Part shown: positions 7,794 to 19,100 of the stretch, piece by piece
How positions within the stretch are numbered: position 1 is the first letter of the stretch
Layout of the letters: each line of letters begins with the position of its first letter
Virus record (IMG/VR): IMGVR_UViG_3300025395_000007
Direction: 5' to 3' (one strand)
From: a virus
Length of the DNA stretch: 64,000 bases
Position numbers and translations under genes: made by a program
The notes under the pieces: model-generated
Seen by the model: the letters and a program-made list of their open reading frames with translations, nothing else
The model's database searches: none
Told to the model about the DNA's origin: nothing

Positions 7794-8567
7794 ATGCCAA
7801 TACCATCGAAGCCCTCTGGAGGATTTAAAAGTTATAGTTTTCCAGGAGATCTTGTAACAGCAGATCGAGGTAATGTATTCTACACACAAATTTATTTTAC
7901 ATCATACAGTAATCAATTTAATAGTACTCTTTCTTTAGCGGGTGATATTTTACCTAATTTTTTACAAACTGGTCCTACTATAACTGCTTCTGGTGGATTT
8001 AGTTTGCCATTGCCTAATAAAATTAATGAAGTTCAAACTGTTACATGGGAAGCTGCTGATGCAGTTTCTCAAGCAATGTCTTTGGCTCAAGGTGCGGCTG
8101 GTGCAGTTTCTGCCAGAGCTGGTAATATTCTTAATAATATTGCAAGTGTATCTGGTAGTGTTGGAGAGTTTGGTGGCGCCGAAACAGGCAAAGCTCTTAA
8201 TCCCCAATTGTATATGCTCTTCAAATCTCCTAATTTCAAAGAACATCAATTTTCTTGGACATTTACTCCAAATAATGAAAAAGAATCGAATGAATTAAAT
8301 GATATTATCAATTATCTAAAAAAATATTCTTTACCAAGTAAATCAGGAAATTTTCTTTATAATTACCCTTCAATTGCTATGATACAATTCAAACCAAATG
8401 ATGCATTTGCATTTAAAATTAAACCGTGTGCATTGGTTTCTGTTAACGTTGACTACAGTGGTGGGGGTAGACCTTCGTTTTTTAAAAATGGTGCACCAAC
8501 TGTTGTTAATCTTGGTTTAGCATTTAAAGAGATAGAACTTTGGACTCAAGATAATTATAATAAATAA
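7794..8567 (+). CDS. gp48: baseplate tail tube cap (gp48-like)
   Basis: LPLP, NPQLYMLFKSPNFKEHQFSWTFTP, CALVSVNVDY, GAPT...LAFKEIE. Confidence 0.85.
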   Translation: MPIPSKPSGGFKSYSFPGDLVTADRGNVFYTQIYFTSYSNQFNSTLSLAGDILPNFLQTGPTITASGGFSLPLPNKINEVQTVTWEAADAVSQAMSLAQGAAGAVSARAGNILNNIASVSGSVGEFGGAETGKALNPQLYMLFKSPNFKEHQFSWTFTPNNEKESNELNDIINYLKKYSLPSKSGNFLYNYPSIAMIQFKPNDAFAFKIKPCALVSVNVDYSGGGRPSFFKNGAPTVVNLGLAFKEIELWTQDNYNK

Positions 8568-8575
8568 GGTATTAA

Positions 8576-9469
8576 ATGGCTCAGGATAAATATTTCGATA
8601 AATTTCCAATAGTTCAATATGGCAATTCAGCATCAAATAATACGGTTGTTGATATTACTAAACGTGTGACTTTTTTAGATGTCGTATATAATAATCCATA
8701 TGTATTTTATCCATACGATCTTACAGATTTTGAAAGACCAGATCAGTTCAGTTATCGTTATTATAATGACCAGTATAAAAGTTGGATACTATATCTTTCA
8801 AATAAAATTACTGATCCTTATTATGGGTGGTATTTACCACAAGACGAATTTGATAATTTTGTAATCGCAAAATATGGTTCAGTCGATTTAGCATCTTCTA
8901 AAATAAAATATTATGTTAATAATTGGCCTGACCAAGAAAATATAAGCACATCTAGATATAATTCTTTAACTCCTGGCCAACAAAGTTATTGGCAACCTGT
9001 TTATGGTTTCAATAACAATATAATGTCATACTCTGCAAAACAAATCGATTGGACAGTTACTACCAATCAAATGGTTTCTTATTCTGTAGGAAATACAAAT
9101 TTTAATATCGATGAAATAGTTAATGTTGTATTTGATAATAATGATACTGGTCAAGGACAAGTTGTAGCGGCTGCTAATGGTGTATTGTATATTCAGCATA
9201 CATCAGGTACTACCCTTGCGAACGGTGGTGTGACTATAGCTAACACTAGTTATATTTACGGAACAGAATCAAATGTGAATACTATTTTTACCTCTGCTTC
9301 GTTGATAACAACTACAATTGATCCCGCTGAACAAACTTATTGGGTTCCTGTTACATATTATGATTACGAAAATCAAAAAAATGAATATAATAAAACGATT
9401 CAGGTTTTAGATAGCACTTATTCCACTGTTATAGTAAATAACATAAAAACATTATTGAGTAATACCTAA
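8576..9469 (+). CDS. gp53: baseplate wedge subunit (gp53-like)
   Basis: YFDKFP..Y, ERPDQFSYRYY..WILYLSNKITDPYYGW, YDYE..NE. Confidence 0.88.
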   Translation: MAQDKYFDKFPIVQYGNSASNNTVVDITKRVTFLDVVYNNPYVFYPYDLTDFERPDQFSYRYYNDQYKSWILYLSNKITDPYYGWYLPQDEFDNFVIAKYGSVDLASSKIKYYVNNWPDQENISTSRYNSLTPGQQSYWQPVYGFNNNIMSYSAKQIDWTVTTNQMVSYSVGNTNFNIDEIVNVVFDNNDTGQGQVVAAANGVLYIQHTSGTTLANGGVTIANTSYIYGTESNVNTIFTSASLITTTIDPAEQTYWVPVTYYDYENQKNEYNKTIQVLDSTYSTVIVNNIKTLLSNT

Positions 9470-10704
9470 TGCCAATTGGTGATATTAATTTTCAAACCTT
9501 TACTATAGGCAGTTTAGATGTCAACGATTCAACAGCTATTGGGCTTGTTGGTCTTAACATATATGAAGACATATTAAATCCTTTAGGTCCAGTTGGTGAA
9601 GCTAGATTAAATGACTTCAATGACGCTGTTGGTAAATCTAATATTAATGGTAAAGAAGATGTTACCATTAGTTTTTCATGCGATCAGGGCGGTGGATCTG
9701 CTAGTTTTAAATTTAAACTAATGAAAAATACAAATGGCAATGATGGTTCTATGGAATCAAAAGGTTCTGGCCATAGTAAAAGATCTGACTTTAGATTTGT
9801 AAGCCCAGAACTATTAGCTTCCCAAGGTAATTTTATATCAAAGAGTTATAATACACAAACCAGTGAAATGGTTAAAAATATGTTAACTGATTTTTTAAAA
9901 ACAGATAAATCAGTTGATATTCAAGAGCAAACAAAAGGTAATCGTAGATTAGTATTTCATAATGAACATTTTGCAGACGCTTATAAAAAATTAAATCACG
10001 AGCATGTTTCTTCTTCTCATGAATCTTCATGTTATGTTCTTTTTGTTCAGGGCGGTAGCTCTCCAAAATATGTGTTCTCTACATATGAACAATTATTTGA
10101 ACAAAGTCCAGTTACAAAATTAACACAATCTACAACTTTAGCGACTGGTAATATATCAGATAAAACTAAACAAAATTCAATGATTTGGTTTAAGCCATCA
10201 GATACTTTTTTTACACCAGCTCGTTCGTTAACAAAACCAAATGAAAAAACATATAATTTAACAACTGGTAAAGCCCATTCGGTACCACCGCAACAACCGC
10301 CATCTTTTAAATTTGCAGATGGTCAGGGTGTATTTACTACACCACCTTCAAGCGCAAATGGTGTACCTTCACATACTGTTAATGATCCTTCTAATAATAA
10401 AGATGATCCTTCTGTTTCTACTGCAAGAAAAAATAGAGCTGCTTTTCTAGCTTTCCTTTCTCAAAATTCAGCTGAATTAGAAATACCTGGAAATCCAGAA
10501 ATTACTCTTGGTAGTATGATTGAATTAGATGTTCCTAAAAAAGCCAATCAAGATACAGAACAAGGCGAATCTCAAATTAATGGTAAAGCTTTAGTTGTTT
10601 CTATTAGACACAAAATTAAACCTCTAGGCCAAACACCTAGATATACAATGGTACTAAGAGTAGTTAAAGGTTCTTATAAACAAGGTGGTGGTGGTAATGG
10701 GTGA
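9469..10704 (+). CDS. baseplate hub protein (gp27-like)
   Basis: LNIYEDILNP, EIPGNPEITLGSMIEL..GKALVVSIRH; immediately upstream of the gp5 OB domain. Confidence 0.65.
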   Translation: MPIGDINFQTFTIGSLDVNDSTAIGLVGLNIYEDILNPLGPVGEARLNDFNDAVGKSNINGKEDVTISFSCDQGGGSASFKFKLMKNTNGNDGSMESKGSGHSKRSDFRFVSPELLASQGNFISKSYNTQTSEMVKNMLTDFLKTDKSVDIQEQTKGNRRLVFHNEHFADAYKKLNHEHVSSSHESSCYVLFVQGGSSPKYVFSTYEQLFEQSPVTKLTQSTTLATGNISDKTKQNSMIWFKPSDTFFTPARSLTKPNEKTYNLTTGKAHSVPPQQPPSFKFADGQGVFTTPPSSANGVPSHTVNDPSNNKDDPSVSTARKNRAAFLAFLSQNSAELEIPGNPEITLGSMIELDVPKKANQDTEQGESQINGKALVVSIRHKIKPLGQTPRYTMVLRVVKGSYKQGGGGNG

Positions 10705-10996
10705 TTTATACGCTGCAGAAGTGAGAAATATCATGGACCCTTTGAAATCGGGTAGAGTTCAAGTAAGAGTATATGGCCATCATGACGATGAAAATTCTGT
10801 TAAAGATGCTGATTTGCCATGGGCATTACCTTTACAGCCAGTAACTTCTGCCGCCACAGGTAAAGTTGGAACTGTACCTGTTGGATTATTAGTAGGTTCG
10901 AGAGTTGTGATTACATATTTACACAGTGATACCGCAGAGCAATATCCAATTATACTTGGATCTTTTGCTCGTGGTGCATTGCCAGCTGGAGGATAA
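10697..10996 (+). CDS. gp5: stand-alone gp5 N-terminal OB-fold domain
   Basis: DPLKSGRVQVRVYGHH..LPWA.PLQP..G..VGSRV..D..QYPIILGS; ends after about 99 aa. Confidence 0.85.
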   Translation: MGDLYAAEVRNIMDPLKSGRVQVRVYGHHDDENSVKDADLPWALPLQPVTSAATGKVGTVPVGLLVGSRVVITYLHSDTAEQYPIILGSFARGALPAGG

Positions 10997-10997
10997 A

Positions 10998-12497
10998 ATG
11001 TCTATAGATACAGGGCCAGATAAAGGTGCAGGTAAAGCATTATTAGATATTATTAGTTTTGGTATTGATACTTTTGGATCTAAAGAAACGCATAAATTAG
11101 CACCTAATAATCCTAAAGTAGGTGGTAAACCTGTTGATACTAATCCAAAATATAATAATGCACCTGCAGTAAAAAATGATGCAGGTCAACCTGCAGTTTC
11201 GACATCGCGTTCGCAAAATGCACCAAACGCAGATAATCCAACTGTTGCTTCTGCTCCTGCAAATATGAAATTGCCAGACGCTTTAGCAAAGGTCGATCCA
11301 AAATCTGTAGCTGCTTCATTAAAAAATATGATGAGTTTACTTAACCTCGTTAAGAGCGTTATGAATAGTGCAAGTAGTCATTCTCAAACTAAATCTGTAA
11401 CAAAAGGTTTTTCTGGCGCTCTTTCTATTCTTGCGAACAAATATGGTTACAGTAAAGTTATAACAGCTTTTGATATAGCGTTAGAAAATAATGGTATTAA
11501 TCAAATTGAACCTGATTACCAAACTATTGTTAAAGAAGGTATATCTAACTTAATTCAGCAAGTTATGGTTTTCGGCGAAGATAAAATACCAGCTCCAGTT
11601 ATACCTCCAATTGTGTATGGTACAGTATTACCGCCAGCAAATTTGATAGTTTATTTTGCCAAAGTTCCTAACCTATATGTACAGCAATATTATTCATCAA
11701 CCAGCGATCCATATCCTGGGTATATTCAGTGGCTAGGACCAAATGGTGATTATCTATATTCTTTAAGACTATCGTATCAATATCCATATGCTTCTGCAGA
11801 TGAAGAAATATTATCAACTTCCCAGTTAGAAATAGCGGCTGCTTTTGATCCATATATTTTAAATAATAAACCTATTCCTATTTTTATTACACCTACCATA
11901 ATAAATACTGTTTTGGATATAGCAAGCGCGAATGTTCAAAAAAACGGTATGGAAAAAAATATGGGTAATGGCTCATCTGTTAATATAATGAGCTTATTAC
12001 CAGAATTGATGGGTATTGCTGGTACTACTTTAAATGTTTCGCAAACTTTACATTTACCAAACTCTGTTTTAAATCAAAGCACAGTTTCTGATTCGTTACA
12101 GAAATTTGCGACTAATATTTCTATGGCTAAATTAATGCAATCTAAATCTGCAGGAGCTTTTAATATTCCATCAGCGCTGAGTAGCCTTACAAATATTGCA
12201 TCACTGGCAGGAGCTTTAGGTTCATTGGGAATTTCTATACCAAGTTTAGCTGCTGTAGCTGGCCTTACAGATATTAGTAGTTTGGGCGCTGTTGCAGATA
12301 TTACTAAGTTATTAGCTTCTTCTTCGAATGCGCTGAATCAATTGAATTCACTTGGTATATCTCCTTCTGGATTGGCATATGATGCGTATACAGCTGCTGG
12401 AGCTACTTCGGCTTCTATAGCTCTTGGCTTACAACATTCTAATGTTTCTTCAGATGCTATTTTAGTGACTGAAAGCATATTAAATAAGGTATTGTGA
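10998..12497 (+). CDS. uncharacterised baseplate-cluster protein between the gp5 fragments
   Basis: GGAGG SD before ATG 10998; Ala/Leu/Ser-rich hydrophobic C-terminus; no recognisable lysozyme motif. Confidence 0.7.
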   Translation: MSIDTGPDKGAGKALLDIISFGIDTFGSKETHKLAPNNPKVGGKPVDTNPKYNNAPAVKNDAGQPAVSTSRSQNAPNADNPTVASAPANMKLPDALAKVDPKSVAASLKNMMSLLNLVKSVMNSASSHSQTKSVTKGFSGALSILANKYGYSKVITAFDIALENNGINQIEPDYQTIVKEGISNLIQQVMVFGEDKIPAPVIPPIVYGTVLPPANLIVYFAKVPNLYVQQYYSSTSDPYPGYIQWLGPNGDYLYSLRLSYQYPYASADEEILSTSQLEIAAAFDPYILNNKPIPIFITPTIINTVLDIASANVQKNGMEKNMGNGSSVNIMSLLPELMGIAGTTLNVSQTLHLPNSVLNQSTVSDSLQKFATNISMAKLMQSKSAGAFNIPSALSSLTNIASLAGALGSLGISIPSLAAVAGLTDISSLGAVADITKLLASSSNALNQLNSLGISPSGLAYDAYTAAGATSASIALGLQHSNVSSDAILVTESILNKVL

Positions 12498-12498
12498 A

Positions 12499-13347
12499 AT
12501 GGGTTTGTTAGATAATTTTAATAAATTTTTAGAAAAAGCTCCATATGATGATGGAAGATCTTCGCCAGATTATCCATGGATTCATGGTATTGGCGGCTTG
12601 CTTGGTGATAGAAAAATAGTTCATGCTAACCCAGATAAACCTGATGAAGCATATCATGAAAAAATACATCATGATGGCACTTTTGAACATAAAGAAGCTA
12701 ATGGTTTATTGAGCAGAATTTCTAAAGAAGTAAGAGAATATGTTTCTGGTGGTCACAGCCATAATTCTGATAGCCATAAAGCAGATCATACACAGGGTAG
12801 TAAAAATACTGACGCTAAAGGTGATATGGGAACCGCTTCTGGTGGAGATCATTTTAAAGGGCATGGCGGTAAAGAAATAGGTGGTTCTTCAGAAGGTGGC
12901 CACAACCATACAGATGGTGATGATTTTCGTACTTCAAAAGGAAATGTAGTTAGTTCACACGAAGGGGATATGCATACAAATCATGATGGAGATCATGTTT
13001 CAACTGTAAATGGTACAAATTATCATACAACAGTTGGTGACCATGCACTTAATGTGCAAGGTGGTCAATTAGATGTGCAGGTGAATAGTGGTAATACTCG
13101 TATATATTCGGCTAAAAGTATTTTAATACAAAGTGGAACAGAAATAACTTTAAGAGTAGGTAATTCTACATTATACATTAATTCTTCTGCAATGAGTATT
13201 GATATTCCTGGAGTTATTGGTATCGGAGCAAATTCTAATATTGGTGTATTTTCTAATACTAAAATTGGTCTTTTTGCGAATACTTCAGGCTCTGGATATG
13301 TTAAAATTGTTGGCCCAACTGTTACTATTAACCCACCTGGAGGTTGA
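12499..13347 (+). CDS. gp5 C-terminal-like central spike beta-helix protein
   Basis: PDYPWIH..EAYHEKIHHDGTFEH resembles the gp5 linker (YPYNH..ERIH..H.SGTF); ~8-residue G-D/N repeats; ITLRVGNSTLYI; precedes PAAR. Confidence 0.7.
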   Translation: MGLLDNFNKFLEKAPYDDGRSSPDYPWIHGIGGLLGDRKIVHANPDKPDEAYHEKIHHDGTFEHKEANGLLSRISKEVREYVSGGHSHNSDSHKADHTQGSKNTDAKGDMGTASGGDHFKGHGGKEIGGSSEGGHNHTDGDDFRTSKGNVVSSHEGDMHTNHDGDHVSTVNGTNYHTTVGDHALNVQGGQLDVQVNSGNTRIYSAKSILIQSGTEITLRVGNSTLYINSSAMSIDIPGVIGIGANSNIGVFSNTKIGLFANTSGSGYVKIVGPTVTINPPGG

Positions 13348-13349
13348 TT

Positions 13350-13556
13350 ATGGATCATAAATTTGTAATTTTAAATAATGGAATATTAGAAACTTATACT
13401 AACTATGATGATATACCTTTGTCATTTGATCATGTGATTGAATTTAAACCATGGATTGATGAAGATCATGATCATGTTCATACAGATCATGATCATGAAG
13501 AATTAGCTCAATGGAATATTAAATTACAAGAACTTATGAAAAGGGAAACAAAATAA
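13350..13556 (+). CDS. small His-rich hypothetical protein preceding PAAR
   Basis: GGAGG SD before ATG 13350; DHDHVHTDHDHEE; translationally coupled to PAAR. Confidence 0.7.
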   Translation: MDHKFVILNNGILETYTNYDDIPLSFDHVIEFKPWIDEDHDHVHTDHDHEELAQWNIKLQELMKRETK

Positions 13557-13849
13557 TGCCAGCAGCAACTCGAGTAGATGATGCAGACGTAGCACATTGT
13601 TCTGGTATGAAAAGAGCAGTAGGTTCTCCTAATGTTTTTGTCAATGGTAAAGCGTGGTCTAGGCAGGGCGATGTTAATACATCACATTTAACTCCAACAG
13701 ATGATCCATGCCCTTCTCATACTGCTCCGATAACCAAAGGTTCTACTACAGTATTCATTAATGGATTAGGTGCTGGAAGAGTTGGTGATGCTTTAACAAA
13801 TTGTACATCAGTGGCGGTTGGTTCGCCAAACGTATTTGCAGGCGGATAA
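13556..13849 (+). CDS. PAAR spike-tip protein (gp5.4-like)
   Basis: MPAATRVDD, GSPNVFVNG, C.SH, GSTTVFING..AGRVGD, GSPNVFAG. Confidence 0.93.
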   Translation: MPAATRVDDADVAHCSGMKRAVGSPNVFVNGKAWSRQGDVNTSHLTPTDDPCPSHTAPITKGSTTVFINGLGAGRVGDALTNCTSVAVGSPNVFAGG

Positions 13850-13850
13850 A

Positions 13851-14276
13851 ATGGCAGTAACAAGAGCGGACGTAATATTAAACACCAGAGGCAAACAAGA
13901 GTTTTTCTCTGATTTCTTAGATAGTTTTGCAATGACTCCAGTTGGTAATCAACTTGGTAGAGTAGTAGATTCAGAATCTGTTAATCAATCTATAAAAAAT
14001 CTAATATTGACGAGTATGGGTGAAAGGTTATTTCAACCATTAATTGGCAGTAATATATACAATTCTTTATTTGAATTGAACAGCACGATAGAAGCTTCTA
14101 CTATTGAATTTTTAATTGAAACAACTATTAAGAATAACGAACCAAGAGCTTCGGTTAATAGTGTTACTGTAATATCAAATCCAGATAATTATACTTTATC
14201 TATCAATATCGTTTATAATCTCATAAATAGTACTGATCCTATAACACTTAATTTTACATTAAAAAGAGTCCGATAA
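13851..14276 (+). CDS. gp25: baseplate wedge subunit / sheath initiator
   Basis: SVNQSIKNLILTSMGERLFQPLIGS, IKNNEPRA, C-terminal LKRVR. Confidence 0.93.
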   Translation: MAVTRADVILNTRGKQEFFSDFLDSFAMTPVGNQLGRVVDSESVNQSIKNLILTSMGERLFQPLIGSNIYNSLFELNSTIEASTIEFLIETTIKNNEPRASVNSVTVISNPDNYTLSINIVYNLINSTDPITLNFTLKRVR

Positions 14277-16118
14277 ATGGCCAATAGTGCACTTCAGTTA
14301 ACTTCTTTAGATTTTGATACTCTTAAACAGAATTTAAAATCTTTTCTTTCTACACAGTCGATTTTTAAAGATTATAACTTTGAAGGCTCTAACATCAATA
14401 CACTTCTTGATGTTATGTCATATAACTCTTATTTGAATTCTTTCTATTTAAATATGATCGCATCGGAAATGTTTCTTGATTCTGCGCAGAATCTCGAATC
14501 TGTTGTTTCACACGCTAAAGAACTTAATTATCTTCCTCGTTCTTCAAAGTCATCAGAAGCTAATATATCTTTCCAAGTTATAACTTCACCTAATATAACT
14601 ACTCTTACTATCAAAAAGGGTACATTATTTGGTGGTACTAATGCTAATGGTGCATTTAATTTCGTAACAGATCACGATTATTCTTTCACATCTTCTGTTT
14701 CTAATTCATCATCAATAACATATACTGTTCCTAATATATCAGTTTATGAAGGTAAATATATTACAGATACATATGTTAACAATATCAATAATGAAGCTCA
14801 AAGATTTATTCTTACAAATCAAAATGTTGATATTAGCAGTATTGAAGTTATAGTTACTGAAAACAATGTAAATACTAACTTCTCAGTAGCTTCTACATTA
14901 TATAATCTTACTAGCACTTCAAATGTGTTTTTTTTACAGGCTGCTCAAAATAATCAATATGAGATTATTTTCGGCGATAATAATTTTGGTAGAATTCCAA
15001 ATAATTTAGCTGTGATAAACATTTCATATAGAGTAACAAAAGGCACAGATTCTGACGGTGTTGTTTCCTTTATCTGTAATCAAGATTTAGGTGTAATGAA
15101 TAATGGCAGCGCGAGCGTTCAAACGCCGATAACTGTTCTTGCAAATTCTTCGGGTGGCTCTAATGCAGAATCAATTGACTCTATTAAATTTTCAGCCCCA
15201 AGATATTTCGCAACTCAACAAAGAGCTGTTACATCTGATGATTATTCCTCATTGGTTCTTACTAATTATGGTAGTATAATTTCAGATGTTAATGTTTATG
15301 GTGGAGAAACTTTAGAACCAAAACAATATGGTAGAGTTATAGTTGCAATTAAACCTTCTGGTGGCACTGTTGCTCCAGATTATGTTAAAAATGAAATCTC
15401 TCAATTCTTAAAACCATTCATAGCATTACCAAATAGAGTTGTTATAACTGACCCTGATTATCTTTATTGTCAAGTTAATACAACGGTTCAATATAATAAA
15501 ACTATAACAACTAAAACTTCTAGTGAATTACAAACCGTTGTTTTAGCAGCAATTTCACAATATAGTGTAAATAATATCGAGGCATTTGGTTCTGATCTTC
15601 GTTATTCTAAATTTATTTCTACTATTGATAATAGTGATTTAAGTATTACCAGTAATGATACATCTATTAACATCATTAAAAGATTATCACCTGCATTAAA
15701 TTATCCAACATCATTTAGCTTTAGTTTTAATAATCCAGTTGAACAAGAAATGGCTTCTCCTGGATACGTAAAGGGTGGAGCTTTTTCTGACGAGCCTGTA
15801 ATAACTTCTTCTGCTTTTACATACGTAGATAGTTCTGGGGCGCAATGGCCATTATCATATATCAGAGATGACAACAATGGAAATTTAGTTGTATATTCAA
15901 CTGTAAATGGTGTATTTACTATTTTAAATTCTATGATTGGAACAATCGATTATAAGACAGGTAATGTTGTAATTACTAATCTTACAACCTCTTATTACAA
16001 TAATTATATCGCTCTTTATATGGTTCCTATGAATAAAGACATTGTTGTTAGTAGTAATAAAATACTTATAATTGATCCTAATGATGTAACAATCACCATG
16101 ATGCAAACAGTAGTATAA
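14277..16118 (+). CDS. gp6: baseplate wedge subunit
   Basis: LDFDTLKQNLK..FKDYNFEGS, EMFLDSA, ESIDSIKF.AP..Q.RAVT..DY. Confidence 0.95.
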   Translation: MANSALQLTSLDFDTLKQNLKSFLSTQSIFKDYNFEGSNINTLLDVMSYNSYLNSFYLNMIASEMFLDSAQNLESVVSHAKELNYLPRSSKSSEANISFQVITSPNITTLTIKKGTLFGGTNANGAFNFVTDHDYSFTSSVSNSSSITYTVPNISVYEGKYITDTYVNNINNEAQRFILTNQNVDISSIEVIVTENNVNTNFSVASTLYNLTSTSNVFFLQAAQNNQYEIIFGDNNFGRIPNNLAVINISYRVTKGTDSDGVVSFICNQDLGVMNNGSASVQTPITVLANSSGGSNAESIDSIKFSAPRYFATQQRAVTSDDYSSLVLTNYGSIISDVNVYGGETLEPKQYGRVIVAIKPSGGTVAPDYVKNEISQFLKPFIALPNRVVITDPDYLYCQVNTTVQYNKTITTKTSSELQTVVLAAISQYSVNNIEAFGSDLRYSKFISTIDNSDLSITSNDTSINIIKRLSPALNYPTSFSFSFNNPVEQEMASPGYVKGGAFSDEPVITSSAFTYVDSSGAQWPLSYIRDDNNGNLVVYSTVNGVFTILNSMIGTIDYKTGNVVITNLTTSYYNNYIALYMVPMNKDIVVSSNKILIIDPNDVTITMMQTVV

Positions 16119-16123
16119 TTCAA

Positions 16124-19100
16124 ATGCAATTTTCAATTGAAAAAAAGATATCGAATTTTATTGAAAACCAATTTCCTAGATTTTATCAGGAAGAAGGCGA
16201 TAACTTCATTTTATTTGCTAAAGCATATTATGAGTGGATGGAAAGTAATAATCCATTAGTTGATTCTTCTAATAATGTAATATTAAATTCAGATTATACT
16301 TCTTTAATGCCTCCAATTTATGGAGCTAGAAATCTTTTAGACTATAGAGATATCGATAATACATTAGATGCATTTCTTGATCATTTTCAAAAGAAATATC
16401 TTTATGGAATACCATTCGATGTAATTGTTAATAAAAGATATCTTCTTAAACATATTTTAGACGTTTATCGTTCTAAAGGTTCTATTCAGTGTTATAAGCT
16501 TTTATTTAAATTAATATATGGTCAAGATGTTGACGTATATCTTCCATCTGAAGATATGCTTAAGATTTCTGATGGTACATGGACTCAACCTAGATATCTT
16601 GAAGTCAATGATAACGGCTCTCTTAGTAGCTATGTTGGCCAAACAATTGTTGGTGTTACTTCTGGTACAACAGCAATTATTGAAGACCTTGTAAGAAATG
16701 CTATTAATAGAGGTATCACTTGCAACCTTGCTCTTTCTAATATTTCGCCTGTAGGTGGTTATTTCATTAAAGGCGAAAAGATTATTATTCAAAATCAGAA
16801 TACGCCTGAAGATATTGCAGCAGCTCCTGTTGTTTTAGGATCGCTTGATTATTTAAATATTATCAATGGTGGCCAAAATTATAATGTAGGCGATGTTCTT
16901 AAAATAGCACAGTATGACCCAACAACAAATAAAATTGTTTCTTCTGGAACTAATGGCCGTTTAAGAGTAACAAGTGTTTCAAGACAACAAGGTTCGATTG
17001 CGTTTAATATAATCAGCGGTGGGTTTGGTTATATTGCAAATGCTAATATTTTCTTTTATAAGGGTGATGGAGATACTACTGGTAATGGAGCTTCTTTTCA
17101 ATTAGGTTCATTATCTTATCTACAAAACATTAATTATAATACAGATTTAATTTGTGATTATCTTAGTAAAGCTATTAATTCTTCGACATATGCATTACCA
17201 GGAAATGCAGCTGCTAATTCAACAGCGCAAATTGTACCTTCTTTAAAATATACTACTTCAACGTTTGGTAGTATTGCTACTTTAGCAAATACTTCATCAG
17301 GTAACGGATATACACAAACACCGTATGTTTTTGTTAGATCAACTCAACTTTCAAAAACATTACCTGGAACTGTAAATATTTCTACATCTTCAAATACAAT
17401 TACTGGTACCAGTACTAAATTTAAAACATATTTTGCAAATGGTGATGTTATTGCATTACAAGCTAATAGTACTGTGATCGACTATCAAATCATTCGAACT
17501 GTTACTAGTGATACTAGTATTCTTCTTTATGGTCCTTCAAAATATTCTAATACAGTAGCTACTGTTAAAGCGGCTCCTGTAATTTTACCGTCTAATTTTT
17601 CTATCTATAGCCCATTAATGGCCCGTAGCGATAATACAATTGATGGTAAAAATGAAATTATTTCTGCTAATCCATCAGCTGGTAACAATATTGTTAAAAC
17701 TGTAACAGCTATTGGTTCAGGTAAAGGTTATATAGATAACGAACTTGTAAAAGCATATCGTTATAATGCATTGACTATACCAGTAATTGCCAATGGTGGT
17801 AATAATTATAGTAATAATGATAGCCTATCATTTTCATCTGTAGATAACATAACTGTAGGAAATGGTTATGTTACCACAAATGCAACTGGTGGCATCACAG
17901 CTGTGATTATGAACTCATTAGGTTCTGGATATATTCAGGCTCCAACTGTTACTGTTAATAGCAATAATCGTCTTATAGTTTCTAATGTTACAAATAATAG
18001 TACATCAACTGGATATTCGAATACAGATTATATTACATTTTCAAATAATTCATTAAACGCTCCATACATTACTGCAGCTGGCTCTCATTATAGTAATAAT
18101 GATAGTTTGACGATTTCGGGAACTGCATATGCAACACCTGCATCTGGTCATATTTTAACAAATAACACTGGTGGCGTAACATCTGTTATTTTAGATAACA
18201 TTGGTTCTGGATATTTGGTAGCCCCTAGTATTACTGTCAGCAGTAACACTCAACAATATATTTCAGCACTTGCTATTAATGGTAATACAGTAGGGTATTC
18301 GAATAGTGATTATATCACAATATCAAATACACAGAATCAATTTTATAGCGGCAATGCATCAATAACTACAGATTCAACTGGTAAAATTACAGCGGTTACT
18401 GTTTCTAATACTGGATTGTTTAAAAGTACACAGGCTAATAGTGGTCTTGTATTAACAGTAACTAATTTCTATGGTGGCGAATCATCTGGATTTGGTTTGG
18501 GGTATTCTTCATTTAAAGGTTATATTTCTGCCAATACACTTACAGTTGTAGATATGCAAACGGCTCTTGCCAGTTATTATAGCGATATTGTTATTGGACA
18601 AAGAGTTAGTGGACCAGGAGTAACCTCTAATACATCAATAACTGCTTTTGTTTCTGGTTCTGGTGGTGTTGGAACATATACTTTGAATAAATCACAGACA
18701 GTTGGATCTAGTGGTACACCAATTAATATGATTTCAACTAATCTTACTGCTGGATTATCAAATGCAACTGCGCCATCGGGCGCGAGTATTGGTGTTACTA
18801 TTTCTTCAAATAATCAATTCTATAGTGGTAATGCATCAATAACTACTGATTCAAGTGGTAAAATTACATCTGTTGCAGTTTCTAATACTGGATTGTTTAG
18901 TAATAATCAAAGTATTAGTGGATTAGCAGTAACTATTGCCAATTCAATTGGTGGATCTTCTGCTGGTTCTGGGGCTAATATTTCATTTTCCCTATCGAAT
19001 ACTGCTGGTGGTTCTGGCGCAATATTAACTACATTCGTTCAGGAATATGATACAACTAGCTCGATTCAAGGATTCGTTGTTAAAAATGGTGTTGGTAGAG

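Noticed and set aside
10926-10998. Frameshift joining the gp5 OB ORF to the downstream ORF
   Set aside because: No obvious slippery sequence, and a strong GGAGG SD precedes ATG 10998, favouring independent initiation
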